Of a stretch of 64,000 nucleotides of DNA, positions 40,262-50,598 are shown piece by piece (position 1 is the first letter of the stretch; every line of letters begins with the position of its first letter). Position numbers and translations under genes: made by a program. The notes under the pieces were generated by a model. It did no database searches and had not been told where the DNA came from. It saw only the letters and a program-made list of their open reading frames with translations. This stretch comes from Hyalangium minutum. Its GTDB lineage: Bacteria; Myxococcota; Myxococcia; Myxococcales; Myxococcaceae. The stretch spans positions 68,346 through 132,345 of the forward strand of contig NZ_JMCB01000034.1 in the NCBI RefSeq assembly GCF_000737315.1, read 5' to 3'.

Positions 40262-41446
40262 TCAGCCGCAGCCCAGGCTCGACATGGTGCCGCTGGAGTT
40301 GGCCAGGTTGAGGACCTTGGAGATGCCGGGCCAGTTGGCGATGGTGACGTTCCAGGTCTTCTTGAAGAAGAGGAAGTTGACCTTCACGAAGGCCTGCAGC
40401 GAGCCCTTGAGCGCGCTCAGGTTGAGGTCAGCCTTGAGGGACCAACTGGGCGAGCAGAGGGTCCAGCCGAGGCTGGCCGCGGCCTGCGCGGTGGCGTTGA
40501 TCAGGGACAGGGAGCCGGACACGCCGAAGCTGGCGATGGCGACGTTCACCGCAGCGGAGGCCACCACGTTGGCCCAGCCGCCGGCGTAGGAGGTGATCGC
40601 GGCCAGCGCGGGGCTCACCTGGCCGTTCAAGCCCATCTTCACGCCACCGGTCAGCTGCGACTTCACGGTGACCGGCACGGGGCCGACCATGAACGACTTG
40701 GAGACGGAGAAGAACGAGCGGCTCCAGTTGATGGGGGTGGGCGCGAAGGTCCCAGCGAGGTTGGCGCTCCAGATCTGCGAGCCCAGGGCGTACAGCGCGG
40801 CGGTGCCGCTGTTGCAGCCGCCCTGCTGCCCACAGACGTACGAGCGGCCGCGGACCAGCTCTTTCTCCGTGTTGAAGGCGGTGCCAAAGAGCCGGCCCTC
40901 GGCGAGCGCCTCTTCCTTCTTCGCCACGGTGCCGTTCGCCGGCGTCGCGGTGACGGAGGTGTTGACGTTGTAGCCCGCACCGAAGATGGAGTTACCGAAC
41001 CGCTCCGTGCGCTGGTAGTAGACACTGACGGGAGTGACCGCCATCTGCCCGATGAGCTTCAGCCCGGCCCCGGTCTGCGTCGGCGGCGTCTCGGACGGAG
41101 GCGGCACGTTCGGCGTGCTGGCCTCGGGGATGGTGGCCTGGAGGTAGTTCACGTTCCGCCGGCCATCGTTGATGTCGAGGAGAATGGGCGCGTTGAGCAG
41201 CTGCGCCTCGTTGTTGACGACCGCGTCCTGCTCGGGCGGCGTGTAGGTCGCGTTCGCGTCGAATGGGAGGACCTGCGTCTCCCAGGGGATCCTGTTGTCG
41301 AGCTGCGTGTTGGACGGGTAGATGGTGTACGGGTACTTCACGCTGTCGACGACATAGGGATTCGGGTCCTGGTAATCCTGCGCGGACGCGACGGTTGCGA
41401 CGGTGACTGCCACAAGCGCGAATGCGCGCGATACTGCCTTCATCAT
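40262..41446 (-). CDS. Secreted beta-sheet-rich protein (operon gene A)
   Basis: Sec signal (MMKAVSRAFALVAVTVATVASA), long amphipathic strands including SKSFMVGPVPVTV and FVKVNFLFFKKTW; GAGGGG upstream. Confidence 0.85.
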   Translation of the reverse strand: MMKAVSRAFALVAVTVATVASAQDYQDPNPYVVDSVKYPYTIYPSNTQLDNRIPWETQVLPFDANATYTPPEQDAVVNNEAQLLNAPILLDINDGRRNVNYLQATIPEASTPNVPPPSETPPTQTGAGLKLIGQMAVTPVSVYYQRTERFGNSIFGAGYNVNTSVTATPANGTVAKKEEALAEGRLFGTAFNTEKELVRGRSYVCGQQGGCNSGTAALYALGSQIWSANLAGTFAPTPINWSRSFFSVSKSFMVGPVPVTVKSQLTGGVKMGLNGQVSPALAAITSYAGGWANVVASAAVNVAIASFGVSGSLSLINATAQAAASLGWTLCSPSWSLKADLNLSALKGSLQAFVKVNFLFFKKTWNVTIANWPGISKVLNLANSSGTMSSLGCG

Positions 41447-41485
41447 GTTGAGCCCCTCATTGCGTGGAACGGCTCGCAGCCCTGG

Positions 41486-41501
41486 TGCACGGGGCGAGCC
41501 A
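41486..41501 (-). promoter_or_regulatory. Candidate sigma54 -24/-12 promoter for the four-gene operon
   Basis: Minus strand TGGCTCGCCCCGTGCA (GG-N10-GC), 40 nt upstream of ATG 41446. Confidence 0.6.
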
Positions 41502-41631
41502 CCCAAGAGGGGTTGGCCTTCTTTCATCGATCTACCGTGATTTCACGGGGTTACGGTTCTCCAGGGAATACAGGAATCCGGCAACAACCGTTATCACTGA
41601 TAACTCACATGCCCTGGGAGTGGCTCGTGGC

Positions 41632-41651
41632 CTGGTAACGCGCGTTATCAG
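41632..41651. promoter_or_regulatory. Palindromic activator site 2
   Basis: CTGGTAAC-GCGC-GTTATCAG; extra half-sites GTTATCACTGATAAC at 41590-41604. Confidence 0.6.
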
Positions 41652-41754
41652 GGTCGCTCGCGGAGCCGCTGCCCCGCTGAGGACGCGCTCGCGCCTGGGC
41701 GACTTGAGCCCCTGGGAGTATGAGCGGGGCGCCCTACCTGCTGAGCCGAGTTCG

Positions 41755-41861
41755 GGCTGGCGCTCGAAACGTAGGCTACCCGCTGCCCACGAGATCGAAC
41801 ATCTGGCCCACGCCCTTGGCGCGCGCCACTTCGTAGAGCGCTCGCGCCAGCGCCACGTCCT
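41755..41861. repeat. 107-bp direct repeat, copy 1 (3' ends of the 44819 gene and the cyclodeaminase)
   Basis: Matches 45144-45250 with one mismatch (41830 t vs 45219 c). Confidence 0.95.
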
Positions 41862-43256
<1,395 letters not shown>

Positions 43257-43272
43257 GGTAGAACTCGCGGTC

Positions 43273-44244
43273 ATGGACCGCTCTCAGTTCCTTGGCTGCA
43301 TCGTGGGGCTCGCTGTCGGGGACGCGCTTGGCTACCCCGCCGAGTTCCGGTCGCGGGCCCAGCTCCTTCGTGAGGTGGGCCCCCAGGGCATCACCGGGTT
43401 CCTCCGCCTGAAGGACCCGCGCTTCTCGCGGCCTTTCATGACGGGGCCGGATCACCCGCCGGGCACCTTCACGGACGACACGCAGATGACGCTGGCGGTG
43501 GCTGAGGCGCTCCTGTCCCACGGCCGCGCGGGGCGAGACGCGCTGATGCAGGAAATGGGGCGCCGCTTCGTGGAGTGGCACCGCTCGCCCGACAACAACC
43601 GGGCGCCGGGCGCTACCTGTGGCCGAGGCTGCGAGAACCTGGAGCAGGGTGTGCCCTGGCGGGAGGCGGGCGTTGCGAACAGCAAGGGCTGTGGCAGCGC
43701 GATGCGCGTGGCGCCCCTGGGCCTCTTCTATGAAGATCTGGACGAGGTGGAGTCCGTGGCTCGGGACTCCTCTCTGCCGACGCATGGGCATCCCTCGGCG
43801 CTGGAGTCCTCCGCCGCGGCCGCGCTGCTGGTGGCGCTGGCGCTGCGGGGCGAGCCCCCCGCTCGGATGTATGAGGAGGTCATGCGCCGCTGCGGGGGAC
43901 GGAGCCCGGATTTCGACGCGTGCTTCTCGCGGGTGCCGGAGGTGCTGAACCGCCCTCCCGAAGAGGTGCTCACGAAGGCCGTGCTGGGCGAGGGCTGGGT
44001 GGCGGAGGAGGCCGTGGCCAGCGCCCTCTACTGCTTCTGGCGCCACCCGGACGACTACCGGGCGGCTGTGCTGGAAGCGGTGAATACCGATGGTGATTCA
44101 GACAGCCTTGCGACCATTGCTGGCTCGATCAGCGGGGCGCGGCTGGGGTTGGGAGCGATCCCCTCGGAGTGGGCGCGGGGAGTGGAGCGCTCCGCGTACC
44201 TCCACGAGGTGGGCACCCGGCTCGCCGCAGCGCGCGGGCTGTAG
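43273..44244 (+). CDS. ADP-ribosylglycohydrolase (DraG/ARH family)
   Basis: GLAVGDALG, FTDDTQM, GCGSAMRVAP and NTDGDSDS motifs. Confidence 0.93.
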   Translation: MDRSQFLGCIVGLAVGDALGYPAEFRSRAQLLREVGPQGITGFLRLKDPRFSRPFMTGPDHPPGTFTDDTQMTLAVAEALLSHGRAGRDALMQEMGRRFVEWHRSPDNNRAPGATCGRGCENLEQGVPWREAGVANSKGCGSAMRVAPLGLFYEDLDEVESVARDSSLPTHGHPSALESSAAAALLVALALRGEPPARMYEEVMRRCGGRSPDFDACFSRVPEVLNRPPEEVLTKAVLGEGWVAEEAVASALYCFWRHPDDYRAAVLEAVNTDGDSDSLATIAGSISGARLGLGAIPSEWARGVERSAYLHEVGTRLAAARGL

Positions 44245-44264
44245 CGCCCCTCGGGCTGGGAGGC

Positions 44265-44774
44265 TCAGCGCAGGAAGATGTCCACGTAGTCCGCGACATC
44301 CTCGCAGGGGTTTTCCATCTCCTTCATGCGCCAGTAGCGACGCTTGCCGGTGATGCGGAAGGTGAAACGGCCCTCGCGCGGGCAGGTCTTGCCTCCGGCG
44401 ATGTGGTCCACCTGCGTCTCCACCTTGCCTACCAAGACGAACGACTTCGCGTCCACGGCCTCAATGACGCCCTCCACCGTGACGTAGTTGCCCTTGGCGT
44501 CCTTCTGCGAGCCCTTGAGCTTCAGCAGGCCGTTCTCCTCGGTGACCTGGACCTCGCCGGCCTTTGCGTTCTCGAAGGTGATCCACTGCAGCGTCAGGAG
44601 GTGCTCGCCGAGGAGCTTCTCGCGAGCGCTGGCATCGTTGACCTGCGTCTTCGTGGGTGCGGCAGGAGCCTCGTCACCGGCCCAGGCCGGGGAGACGGAG
44701 AGCATCGCGAGCAGCAGGGTCAGGGCAGCCCGAGGAACGGACAGAACGGGAAGAGAGAGCATGCGACCGAGCAT
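44265..44774 (-). CDS. Secreted hypothetical protein
   Basis: Signal peptide ending SPAWA, beta-rich body with two Cys; start 44774 or 44762. Confidence 0.75.
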   Translation of the reverse strand: MLGRMLSLPVLSVPRAALTLLLAMLSVSPAWAGDEAPAAPTKTQVNDASAREKLLGEHLLTLQWITFENAKAGEVQVTEENGLLKLKGSQKDAKGNYVTVEGVIEAVDAKSFVLVGKVETQVDHIAGGKTCPREGRFTFRITGKRRYWRMKEMENPCEDVADYVDIFLR

Positions 44775-44818
44775 ACTCTCGGTAGAGTCGGCGCATGTCT
44801 CCGCGTGCGCGCAAGACG

Positions 44819-45163
44819 ATGCCCTCTGCTGAAAACGCGCAGCGCTATCCGCGGACACCGGATGGGCGCTACTTCGTGGTGAGAGGCCGTCTCTGGCGCT
44901 GCAGCAACCCGGCGCTGGGGCCTCGGCAGAGGGCAACACTGGTGGAGGCCCTCATGCGGGCACGTGCGGACGTCCAGCGTGCATTGCGAGCGGGCTCACG
45001 AGAAGCCGAGCGGAACGCCCGCACCCGCGTGCACCGGGCCAAGGTGGCGCTGGGAGAACGGGGCCCTGTGTGGTGGACCGATGGGGCCCCGGACTTCAAC
45101 CGCCGGATGGCGAAGAACACGCCCTACGCGGAGTGGTACTCGCGGCTGGCGCTCGAAACGTAG
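44819..45163 (+). CDS. Conserved hypothetical protein
   Basis: RTPDGRYFVVRGRLWR...KVALGERGPVWW.DGAPD.NR pattern. Confidence 0.75.
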   Translation: MPSAENAQRYPRTPDGRYFVVRGRLWRCSNPALGPRQRATLVEALMRARADVQRALRAGSREAERNARTRVHRAKVALGERGPVWWTDGAPDFNRRMAKNTPYAEWYSRLALET

Positions 45164-45250
45164 GCTACCCGCTGCCCACGAGATCGAACATCTGGCCCAC
45201 GCCCTTGGCGCGCGCCACCTCGTAGAGCGCTCGCGCCAGCGCCACGTCCT
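45144..45250. repeat. 107-bp direct repeat, copy 2 (native location)
   Basis: Same sequence as 41755-41861; offset 3389 bp. Confidence 0.95.
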
Positions 45251-46127
45251 GCACCGCCAGCCCCGTCGAGTCGAAGATCGTGATCTCGTCCCCCTGGCGC
45301 CCTTTCCTCTTCCCCGCCACCACCTCACCCAGCGTGCCTGCGATCTGCTCCTTCTTCAGCTGACCGTCGTGCAGCGGCACGTTCACCTCACCCGAGTGCA
45401 GCGCCTGCTCCTCGTCGTCGATGAAGATCCGCCCCGCTTGCAGGATGCTCGCCTCCAGTTCCTGCTTGCCCGGCGCGTCCGCTCCCATCGCGTTGATGTG
45501 CGCCCCCGCCTTCACCCACTCTCGCTTCACCACCGGCGAGCGCACCGGCGTCGACGTGCACACGATGTCCGCTCCCGACGCCTCCTGCAGGCTCACCACC
45601 CGCCCGCCTTTCTCCTTCTGCAGCGCCTGCGCCGCCGCCTCCGACGCGTCCGCCAGCAGCAGCTCGAGCCCCTCGAACAGCGCCCGGTGCGCGTCGATCA
45701 GCACCCGCGCCTGCACCCCGCACCCCACCAGCCCCAGCGTCCGAGGCTTCGCCCGCGCCAGGTACTTCGATGCCACGCCCCCCGCTGCACCCGTCCGCCA
45801 CGCCGTCAGCAGCGTGCCGTCCATGATCGCCAGCGGCGACGCCGTCTCCGGATCACTCAGCACGTACACCGCGCGCACCGTCGGCAGCTGGTGCTTCTCC
45901 GGGTTGCGAGGATGCGCGTTCACCCACTTCACTCCCGCCGCCCCATCCAGGAACGCCGGCATCGCCCGGAAGTCCCCGTCGTACTTCGGCAGCGAGAGGT
46001 ACACCTTCGGAGGCATCAGCGCCTCGCCCAGCCCGTGCGCCTTGAAGGCTCGCTCCACGGCGTTCAGCCCCAGGTCCACGGTGTACAGGTTGCGGAGATC
46101 GTTCGCGCTCAGCAGGAGGGTTGGCAT
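45165..46127 (-). CDS. Ornithine cyclodeaminase / mu-crystallin family (alanine dehydrogenase-like)
   Basis: GVKWVN, LTAWRTGA, GCGVQA, HINAMGAD, FDSTGLAVQD motifs; start ATG 46127. Confidence 0.92.
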   Translation of the reverse strand: MPTLLLSANDLRNLYTVDLGLNAVERAFKAHGLGEALMPPKVYLSLPKYDGDFRAMPAFLDGAAGVKWVNAHPRNPEKHQLPTVRAVYVLSDPETASPLAIMDGTLLTAWRTGAAGGVASKYLARAKPRTLGLVGCGVQARVLIDAHRALFEGLELLLADASEAAAQALQKEKGGRVVSLQEASGADIVCTSTPVRSPVVKREWVKAGAHINAMGADAPGKQELEASILQAGRIFIDDEEQALHSGEVNVPLHDGQLKKEQIAGTLGEVVAGKRKGRQGDEITIFDSTGLAVQDVALARALYEVARAKGVGQMFDLVGSG

Positions 46128-46215
46128 GCGGCGCCTTATACCGGGCCCCATCCCCACCGGAAACGATGGCTCTTATTCCGAGATAATCCTCCGAATCTCA
46201 ATTTCCGGAGTTTCC

Positions 46216-47520
46216 ATGAGCCGCGCCTCCCTCTTCCTCACCCTGGCCCTCGCCGCCTCTCTCACCCGCTGTGCGCCCCCGGACTCCGAGCCGGAACAGG
46301 CCCCCACTCCCGCCGAGAGCACCCAGGCCCTCACCCCCGGTGGCGGTCTTCGGCTCATGACCTACAACATCAAGCACGGAGAGGTGAGCAGCCTCGACGC
46401 CATCGCCAACGTCATCAAGGGCCAGGGTCCGGACCTCGTCGCGCTCCAGGAGGTGGACAGCCTCACCCACCGCTCGGGCAAGGTGGATCAGGCCGCGCGG
46501 CTCGGGCAGCTCACCGGCATGTACGCGTCGTTCGTGCCCTCGCTCCTCAGCTATGACGGAGGCCAGTACGGGCTCACGCTCCTGTCCCGCTACCCCATCC
46601 GCTCCTCGACGCGCATCCCCCTGCGCTCCGCCGCCGAGCAGCGCATCCTCGCCCTCTATGAGGTGGAGCTGGACGCCCAGCACATCCTCCCCGTGGGCGT
46701 CACCCACTTCGGCACCGTCGACGCCACCGAGCGCCTCAATCAGGCCGCCGACGTCAAGGCCGCCCTCACCGGCAAGCCCTGGGCGCTGCTCGGCGGCGAC
46801 TTCAACGCCTCGCCCTCCGAGTCCGGCATCACCAGCCTGCTCCAGCTCCTCACCGACGCGTGGGCCCGCGGCGGCTCGGGCAGCGGCTACACCAGTTCCG
46901 CCAGCTTCCCCACCCGCCGCATCGACTACCTGATGCTCGGCTCCGCATGGACCTCGCCCGTGACGGCCCGCGTCGTCAGCGCGTCCTCGCAGTCGGATCA
47001 CCTCCCCGTCGTCGCCACCCTCATCCTGCCCTGGAGCCAGACCCTGCTGGGCGATCGCGTCCCCGGCACCGCCGTCCAGGCCGACACCAAGGCCGTCGAG
47101 GTGGGCGTCCGCTTCCGCAGCAACGTCCCCGGCACCATCACGGCCCTCCGCTTCTACCGAGGCACCCGGAACGCCAGCGGCTACGTGGCCCGCCTGTGGA
47201 CCAGCGCCGGCACCCTGCTCGCCCAGGTCCCCGTCACCGATGGCGCCATCCCCGGCTGGCAGGAGGTGGCACTCCCCTCGCCCGTCGCCATCTCCGCCAA
47301 CACCCTGTACGTGGTCTCCTACTACTCCTCGAACGGGCAGTTCGCGCGGGACGTCGACGGCCTGCTGAACGCCATCGTCAGCGGCAACCTCACCGCCCCC
47401 AGCAGCGCCAGCGTGGGCGGCAATGGCATCTACGTCTACGCCACCGGCGGCGGCTTCCCCACGGCCTCCTACAAGAACACCAACTACTGGGTGGACGTCC
47501 GCTTCGTGCCCTCTCCGTAA
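46216..47520 (+). CDS. Endonuclease/exonuclease/phosphatase lipoprotein with C-terminal DUF4082-like domain
   Basis: Lipobox-like LTRC, MTYNI, LQEVD, GDFN, RIDY, SDHLP; then VEVGVRFRS...NYWVDVRF. Confidence 0.85.
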   Translation: MSRASLFLTLALAASLTRCAPPDSEPEQAPTPAESTQALTPGGGLRLMTYNIKHGEVSSLDAIANVIKGQGPDLVALQEVDSLTHRSGKVDQAARLGQLTGMYASFVPSLLSYDGGQYGLTLLSRYPIRSSTRIPLRSAAEQRILALYEVELDAQHILPVGVTHFGTVDATERLNQAADVKAALTGKPWALLGGDFNASPSESGITSLLQLLTDAWARGGSGSGYTSSASFPTRRIDYLMLGSAWTSPVTARVVSASSQSDHLPVVATLILPWSQTLLGDRVPGTAVQADTKAVEVGVRFRSNVPGTITALRFYRGTRNASGYVARLWTSAGTLLAQVPVTDGAIPGWQEVALPSPVAISANTLYVVSYYSSNGQFARDVDGLLNAIVSGNLTAPSSASVGGNGIYVYATGGGFPTASYKNTNYWVDVRFVPSP

Positions 47521-47859
47521 GGCTCACACCGACCGTCCCAAGAGGGCGCACCGCCTGGCGCGCCCCCAGCCCCCCGGCTGCCCTACCCACGACGTCCGCC
47601 TCTCAGGAGCCATCCGCTCCCCTCCCACGTATGGATCCTCCTGCAGCCTTATGTAGTTGCAAGTACACGTAGCGGAATTTTTCCCGGCCGCTAGAATCAT
47701 CGCCACTTCGGGCTTTACGGCTTTTCGCGGAAAACAAGGAGACGCTTTCACCTGCAGTATGATGAAAGTTCCCGTGTAACACCCAGAGCGTAACGTCACT
47801 GAACATTCATTCACCGTCGGCCGAGCGTTTCTCCGCTCGGTCCAGTAGGGTGTGCCGCT

Positions 47860-48483
47860 ATGACTTCAGAGAAGCTGGTTCACGCACAGACAGTTGAGGC
47901 GTTGTTCGTCCGCGCCTTCGAGAACCGCCTGACGCCCGCCAGCCGGGAGGCCTTCAAGCGGGCGGGGCTGGATCTCGACCGGAAGCTGGAGCGGACCTAC
48001 ACGCTGGAGCAGTGGAAGGACTTCCTGCGGACCGCCGCAGCCCACATCTACGGTGGGGTGCCTGCGGAGGCCGCGTACTACTCGCTGGGTGGGCGGTTCA
48101 TGGATGCCTGGTTTGGCACCTTCCTGGGCAAGGCGCTGCTGGGCGTGGCGCGGCTTGCGGGCCCCCGGCGCATGCTGCTGCGGGCCGGCCAGGGCTTCCG
48201 GGGTGGCAACAACTTCAGCGAGGTGCAGGTGGTGGAGCGCGGCCCCACGTCGCTGGAGCTGCAGGTGAACGATGTGATGGCGGATCAGCCCACCTTCATG
48301 GCGGGGGTGCTGGCGCGGGCCGTGGAGCTGGCTGGCGGCTGGCGCGTGGTGGCAGTGCCCGAGGGCTTCGACGGCACGGCATGCACGTTCCACATCCGCT
48401 GGTCCGAAGTGCCCGCCGTGGCCGGCCTGAGTGAGAACGCCCAGGCCGGGGGCAACGCCGTCGCGCCGCGTCCCCGGGCGTGA
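47860..48483 (+). CDS. Myxobacterial DUF2378 family protein
   Basis: TVEALFVR...GLDLDRKLERTY...W...LGGRFMDAWFGT.LG pattern. Confidence 0.8.
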   Translation: MTSEKLVHAQTVEALFVRAFENRLTPASREAFKRAGLDLDRKLERTYTLEQWKDFLRTAAAHIYGGVPAEAAYYSLGGRFMDAWFGTFLGKALLGVARLAGPRRMLLRAGQGFRGGNNFSEVQVVERGPTSLELQVNDVMADQPTFMAGVLARAVELAGGWRVVAVPEGFDGTACTFHIRWSEVPAVAGLSENAQAGGNAVAPRPRA

Positions 48484-48512
48484 GCGTCCGCGTCACCGCC
48501 TGACGCCCCCGG

Positions 48513-49367
48513 TCATCCCCCCACCGCACGCCACTGCGGATGGGCCAGGAGCCGCTCCTCCATCTCGGGAGTGAGCGGCGCGCCATGGGGGGCGCGAGAG
48601 GAGGAGCGGCGCCACCGCTCCAGCCACCGCGCTCCCAGCGGCTTTTCGAGTGCCTCCAGGCGGGTTGAGGCGATCGTCGTCTCCCCCTTGGTGCCGGTGG
48701 ACACGCCCGCCCCCACGTAGAAGCCCGCCAGCAGCAGGGTGACGCGGGTCGGCGTGGCGGCGCTGTACGTCATCAGCAGCGCGCCCTCCCCGTCCTCGCG
48801 GCTGCGAGCGCGCACGCGGGACAGCACGGCCTCGGTCCACATCTCCGGGTTGGACGCAGGCGAGAACGGATCGAAGAAGATCCAATCAGCGAGGGGCAGC
48901 GCTCCCTCCAGCACCGAGACGGCGTTGCCCAGGTGGAGCCGCCAGCGGATCCCCTCCTCTTCCCAGAGCCCGTCGCGCATGAGCGCCTCGGCGGCCTCTC
49001 GGAAGGGCTGGAGGAAGGGAAAGCCGGCGGGGTCCGCCAGAGCCAACCGGAGCGGCGCGAGATCCACCTCGAGGCTGATGACCTCGAGGGGCCGCTGGCG
49101 CTCGGGGCCCAGCTCGCGGGCGCGGGTGAGCGCGGCCACAGCGTTGGTGGCGGCCCCCAGGCCCACGTCGAGAATGACCAGCGGAGGCCCAGGCTGGCGC
49201 AGGCGCTCGGCGAGGCGGGGCTGGTCTACGTAGAGGCGCAGGGCCTCCTGCCAGGGACCAATGCTGGGGTGCATCACCTCGCCGTGCCCCAGGTGGCGCA
49301 CGGCGCGGGCGCCATTGCGCAGCGTCACCAGCTCGAAGTCACCATCTCTTGGGTTGTCGGACTCCAC
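48513..49367 (-). CDS. MnmC-like SAM-dependent methyltransferase domain protein
   Basis: GEVMHP, ILDVGLGAATN, FFDPFSPASNPEMW, TYSAAT motifs. Confidence 0.8.
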   Translation of the reverse strand: MESDNPRDGDFELVTLRNGARAVRHLGHGEVMHPSIGPWQEALRLYVDQPRLAERLRQPGPPLVILDVGLGAATNAVAALTRARELGPERQRPLEVISLEVDLAPLRLALADPAGFPFLQPFREAAEALMRDGLWEEEGIRWRLHLGNAVSVLEGALPLADWIFFDPFSPASNPEMWTEAVLSRVRARSREDGEGALLMTYSAATPTRVTLLLAGFYVGAGVSTGTKGETTIASTRLEALEKPLGARWLERWRRSSSRAPHGAPLTPEMEERLLAHPQWRAVGG

Positions 49368-49461
49368 GCTCAGGACTCCTGGGTACAGGGCTCTCCGCAG
49401 CCCGTGCGCCTTGCTGCCACAATCCGGCAGAAGCTGCCCATGGAAAATTCCCGGCCGCGCA

Positions 49462-49566
49462 TCAGAGGGTCGAGGTGTCGATCACGAACCGGTACCGGAC
49501 ATCGGAGGCGAGCACGCGCTCGTAGGCCTCGTTGATCTTGCCAGCCGGGATGACTTCGACGTCGAA
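49462..49566 (-). pseudogene. C-terminal remnant of a Zn/NADP-dependent alcohol dehydrogenase (YahK/cinnamyl-ADH type)
   Basis: Reads [33 protein letters not shown] (stop 49462-49464); in-frame TAG immediately upstream. Confidence 0.85.
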
Positions 49567-49615
49567 CTACGTCCGAACCCCTCGAATGACTACGCGCACT
49601 CAAGCCAACAACCCC

Positions 49616-49630
49616 TTAAGCGGTGCTTAA
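49616..49630. promoter_or_regulatory. LysR-type binding site
   Basis: Perfect TTAAG-N5-CTTAA inverted repeat ~57 nt upstream of the LysR ATG. Confidence 0.65.
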
Positions 49631-49686
49631 CAGTGAGGCGTCAGCGCCTCTGGAACATCGCCGTGTTCGTGCCAGGGTTTCTCTCA

Positions 49687-50598
49687 ATGAATACGGCTCC
49701 CCTCTCGCAACTCCAAGTGTTCCTCGCCGTGGCTTGCCTGCGCAGCTTCAGCGGCGCGGCGCGCGAGCTTGGCGTTTCCACCCCCGCAGTGAGCCAGGCG
49801 GTTCGGCAGCTCGAAGAGCTGCTGCGCGTGACGCTGCTCATCCGGACGACGCGCAGCGTGTCCCTGACGGATGCAGGCAGGCGGTTGCTGGAGGGCGCGG
49901 GCCCGGCGTTGGGGCAGGCGCTCGCCACCCTCACCGAGGTCTCCGCTCAACCGGGAGAGACGGTGGGCCGGGTGCGGCTCACGGTGCCGCGGGTGGCGGT
50001 GCCCTTCGTCATTACCCCAGTGCTTCCCACCTTCCGCGAACGTCACCCCCGGGTGGAAGTCGAGGTCGCCATCGAGGATCGTTTCGTGGACATCGTAGCG
50101 GAGGGCTACGACGCGGGCGTGCGGCTGAGCGAGTCCATCGAGCGCGACATGGTGCAGGTGCGGCTCACCGACGCCTTCCGCTTCGTGGTGGTGGGTTCCC
50201 CCGCCTACCTGGCGCGCCATGGGACGCCCCAGCGTCCCGAGGAGCTGCTACGCCACGAGTGCCTCTGCTTCCGCTTGCCGAGCAGCGGGGCGCTCTACGC
50301 CTGGGAGTTCGAGCGGGGCCGCAGGACATGGCGTGTGCCGGTCCGCGGAGGCGTGGTCACCAACGACAACCAACTGAGGGTCACCCTGGCGGAGCAAGGC
50401 CTGGGGCTGACGTACGCCTTCGAGCCCATGGTAGCCGAGCAGCTGCGCACCGGGCGGCTGCAACAGGTGCTCGAAGCCTACGCGCCCACCGTCCCCGGCT
50501 TCTTCCTCTATTTCCCCAGCCGTGCGCAGCGCTCCCCGGCCCTGCGCCTCTTCGTGGACACAGCCAAGGAGCTGGTGCGTCAGCGCTTCAGCGTGTAG
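49687..50598 (+). CDS. LysR family transcriptional regulator
   Basis: SFSGAARELGVSTPAVSQAVRQLEE HTH, RTTRSVSLT; ATG 49687; overlaps the convergent gene by 19 nt. Confidence 0.95.
   Translation: MNTAPLSQLQVFLAVACLRSFSGAARELGVSTPAVSQAVRQLEELLRVTLLIRTTRSVSLTDAGRRLLEGAGPALGQALATLTEVSAQPGETVGRVRLTVPRVAVPFVITPVLPTFRERHPRVEVEVAIEDRFVDIVAEGYDAGVRLSESIERDMVQVRLTDAFRFVVVGSPAYLARHGTPQRPEELLRHECLCFRLPSSGALYAWEFERGRRTWRVPVRGGVVTNDNQLRVTLAEQGLGLTYAFEPMVAEQLRTGRLQQVLEAYAPTVPGFFLYFPSRAQRSPALRLFVDTAKELVRQRFSV

Noticed and set aside
37427-41638. 1403-aa plus-strand ORF
   Set aside because: Antisense shadow of genes A-C; Arg/Gly/Ala-rich, no motifs; expected from GC3 bias.
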